Assembly: GCA_027062325.1 (NCBI GenBank)
Contig: JAMOTN010000005.1
Span: forward strand, 1 to 58,935
Direction of reading: 5' to 3'
Source: a bacterium
Lineage (GTDB): Bacteria > JAMOTN01
DNA: 58,935 nucleotides
Part shown: one piece after another, positions 58,007-58,935 of the stretch
Layout of the letters: every line of letters starts with the position of its first letter
Numbering within the stretch: position 1 is the stretch's first letter
Made by a program: the position numbers and the translations under genes
Notes under the pieces: generated by a model
The model's database searches: none
Told to the model about the DNA's origin: nothing
Seen by the model: the letters and a program-made list of their open reading frames with translations, nothing else

Positions 58007-58935
58007 ATGATTATTATTAATAACAAACAAAAAGAAATCGAATTTACCCCGAAAAGAATTGTTGAATATTTAAACAAATACATAATAGGTCAAGATACAG
58101 CTAAACGAAAAGTAGCAATCGCTTTGAGGAACAGAATCAGACGCAAAAGGACTCCTCAACCACTTCAAGATGAAATAACTCCGAAAAATATTCTCATGAT
58201 AGGTCCAACAGGAGTCGGTAAAACTGAGATAGCACGGCGCCTTGCAAAATTAATTGATGCCCCATTCGTTAAAGTTGAAGCCACATCCTTTACTGAAGTC
58301 GGCTATGTTGGAAAAAACGTTGATTCAATGATTCGTGACTTGGTAAATGTTGCCTACCAAATAGCGCGCCGCCGCAAAGTCAAGGACATTGAGAAACAGG
58401 TTGAGGAAGAGGTAATCGAAGAAATAGCGGAGCTTATTCTAAACCCACCAAAGGATTCCGCTCCTTCAAACCCATTTGACGCCATATTTAAAACTTTTAC
58501 AGAAGGATTTGGACAAACTATAAACATCTCCTCTCCACAAACTCAACAACCTGAATCCGTCAACAAGGAAGCTAAGCGGAGAATTATGGAGGAGATAAAG
58601 CGCGGGGAGTTGGATGATCTAGAAGTTGAAATCCTAGTCTCCTCATCTTCAAAAGCAGCAATAGATGTTTTCACCTCTGGTGGAGTCGAAGAAGTAGGGA
58701 TCTCTGTACAAAATCTCATGGGAAACCTATTCCCTGAGCAAAAGAAAAAGAAGCGTGTTAAGGTGAAAGACGCAATAGAAATATTAAAGAATGAGCGTTT
58801 AAATGAAGTTCTTGACCAAGAGGAGCTAGCAAGAGAAGCTGTTCGACTTGCTGAAGAAGAGGGTATCATTTTCATAGACGAGATAGACAAAGTTGCTGCC
58901 TCCTTCGACCACGGCCCTGATGTATCACGTGAAGG
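58007..58935 (+). CDS. hslU: ATP-dependent protease ATPase subunit HslU (partial, runs off the window)
   Basis: Manual translation: TPKRIVEYLNKYIIGQ..AIALRNR..PKNILMIGPTGVGKTEIARRLA..GIIFIDEIDK..DVSRE. Confidence 0.96.
   Translation, partial: MIIINNKQKEIEFTPKRIVEYLNKYIIGQDTAKRKVAIALRNRIRRKRTPQPLQDEITPKNILMIGPTGVGKTEIARRLAKLIDAPFVKVEATSFTEVGYVGKNVDSMIRDLVNVAYQIARRRKVKDIEKQVEEEVIEEIAELILNPPKDSAPSNPFDAIFKTFTEGFGQTINISSPQTQQPESVNKEAKRRIMEEIKRGELDDLEVEILVSSSSKAAIDVFTSGGVEEVGISVQNLMGNLFPEQKKKKRVKVKDAIEILKNERLNEVLDQEELAREAVRLAEEEGIIFIDEIDKVAASFDHGPDVSRE

Noticed and set aside
589-58890. Numerous short ORFs antisense to or nested in long genes (e.g. 5770-6258, 21690-22214, 32203-32676, 48305-48823, 58543-58890)
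   Set aside because: They are shadows of well-supported genes, with no recognisable motifs.
1-58935. CRISPR array, IS/transposase, integrase, prophage or defence system
   Set aside because: No regularly spaced direct repeats, terminal inverted repeats or recognisable motifs were found by eye.

Overview
AT-rich (roughly mid-30s %GC, judged by eye) chromosomal window of a thermophilic, probably anaerobic and diderm bacterium. The clues are reverse gyrase, MetVF, an NAD(P)H-motif-less thioredoxin reductase and an outer-membrane-barrel-like gene; the lineage cannot be assigned from the sequence alone. Most genes lie on the G-rich minus strand. In coordinate order: (1) the start of a phosphohexomutase gene and a barrel/TPR/PilZ/TPR cluster; (2) PHP, trxB-like and dapF; (3) a MoxR-DUF58-vWA module interleaved with a decaying surface-glycan island (methyltransferase, GT2, rmlC, rmlA, truncated sxtI/K/J-like cassette); (4) rplL-rplJ with an L10 leader and its own promoter, about 26.5 kb from rplA and not followed by rpoB; (5) a rhodanese-ArsR-TauE-PP-loop thiolase sulfur module; (6) AmrS, metVF, four pilin-like genes and mutS2; (7) a His-rich permease and NTPase behind an opp/dpp ABC operon with three binding proteins, two carrying large insertions at one site; (8) an orphan BadF/HgdC-type activator; (9) rplA-rplK-nusG-secE-tRNA(Trp)-rpmG-tuf-tRNA(Thr,Tyr,Thr); (10) an orphan PAS histidine kinase behind a reverse gyrase lacking its second Zn finger; (11) glmU-prs-hslV-hslU(partial). 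No CRISPR array, IS element, integrase or prophage was seen. The best candidates for undescribed biology are the TPR-PilZ-TPR-barrel cluster, the ArsR-linked sulfur/thiolase module and the insertion-bearing OppA paralogues. All family calls are motif recognition by eye, not database searches.
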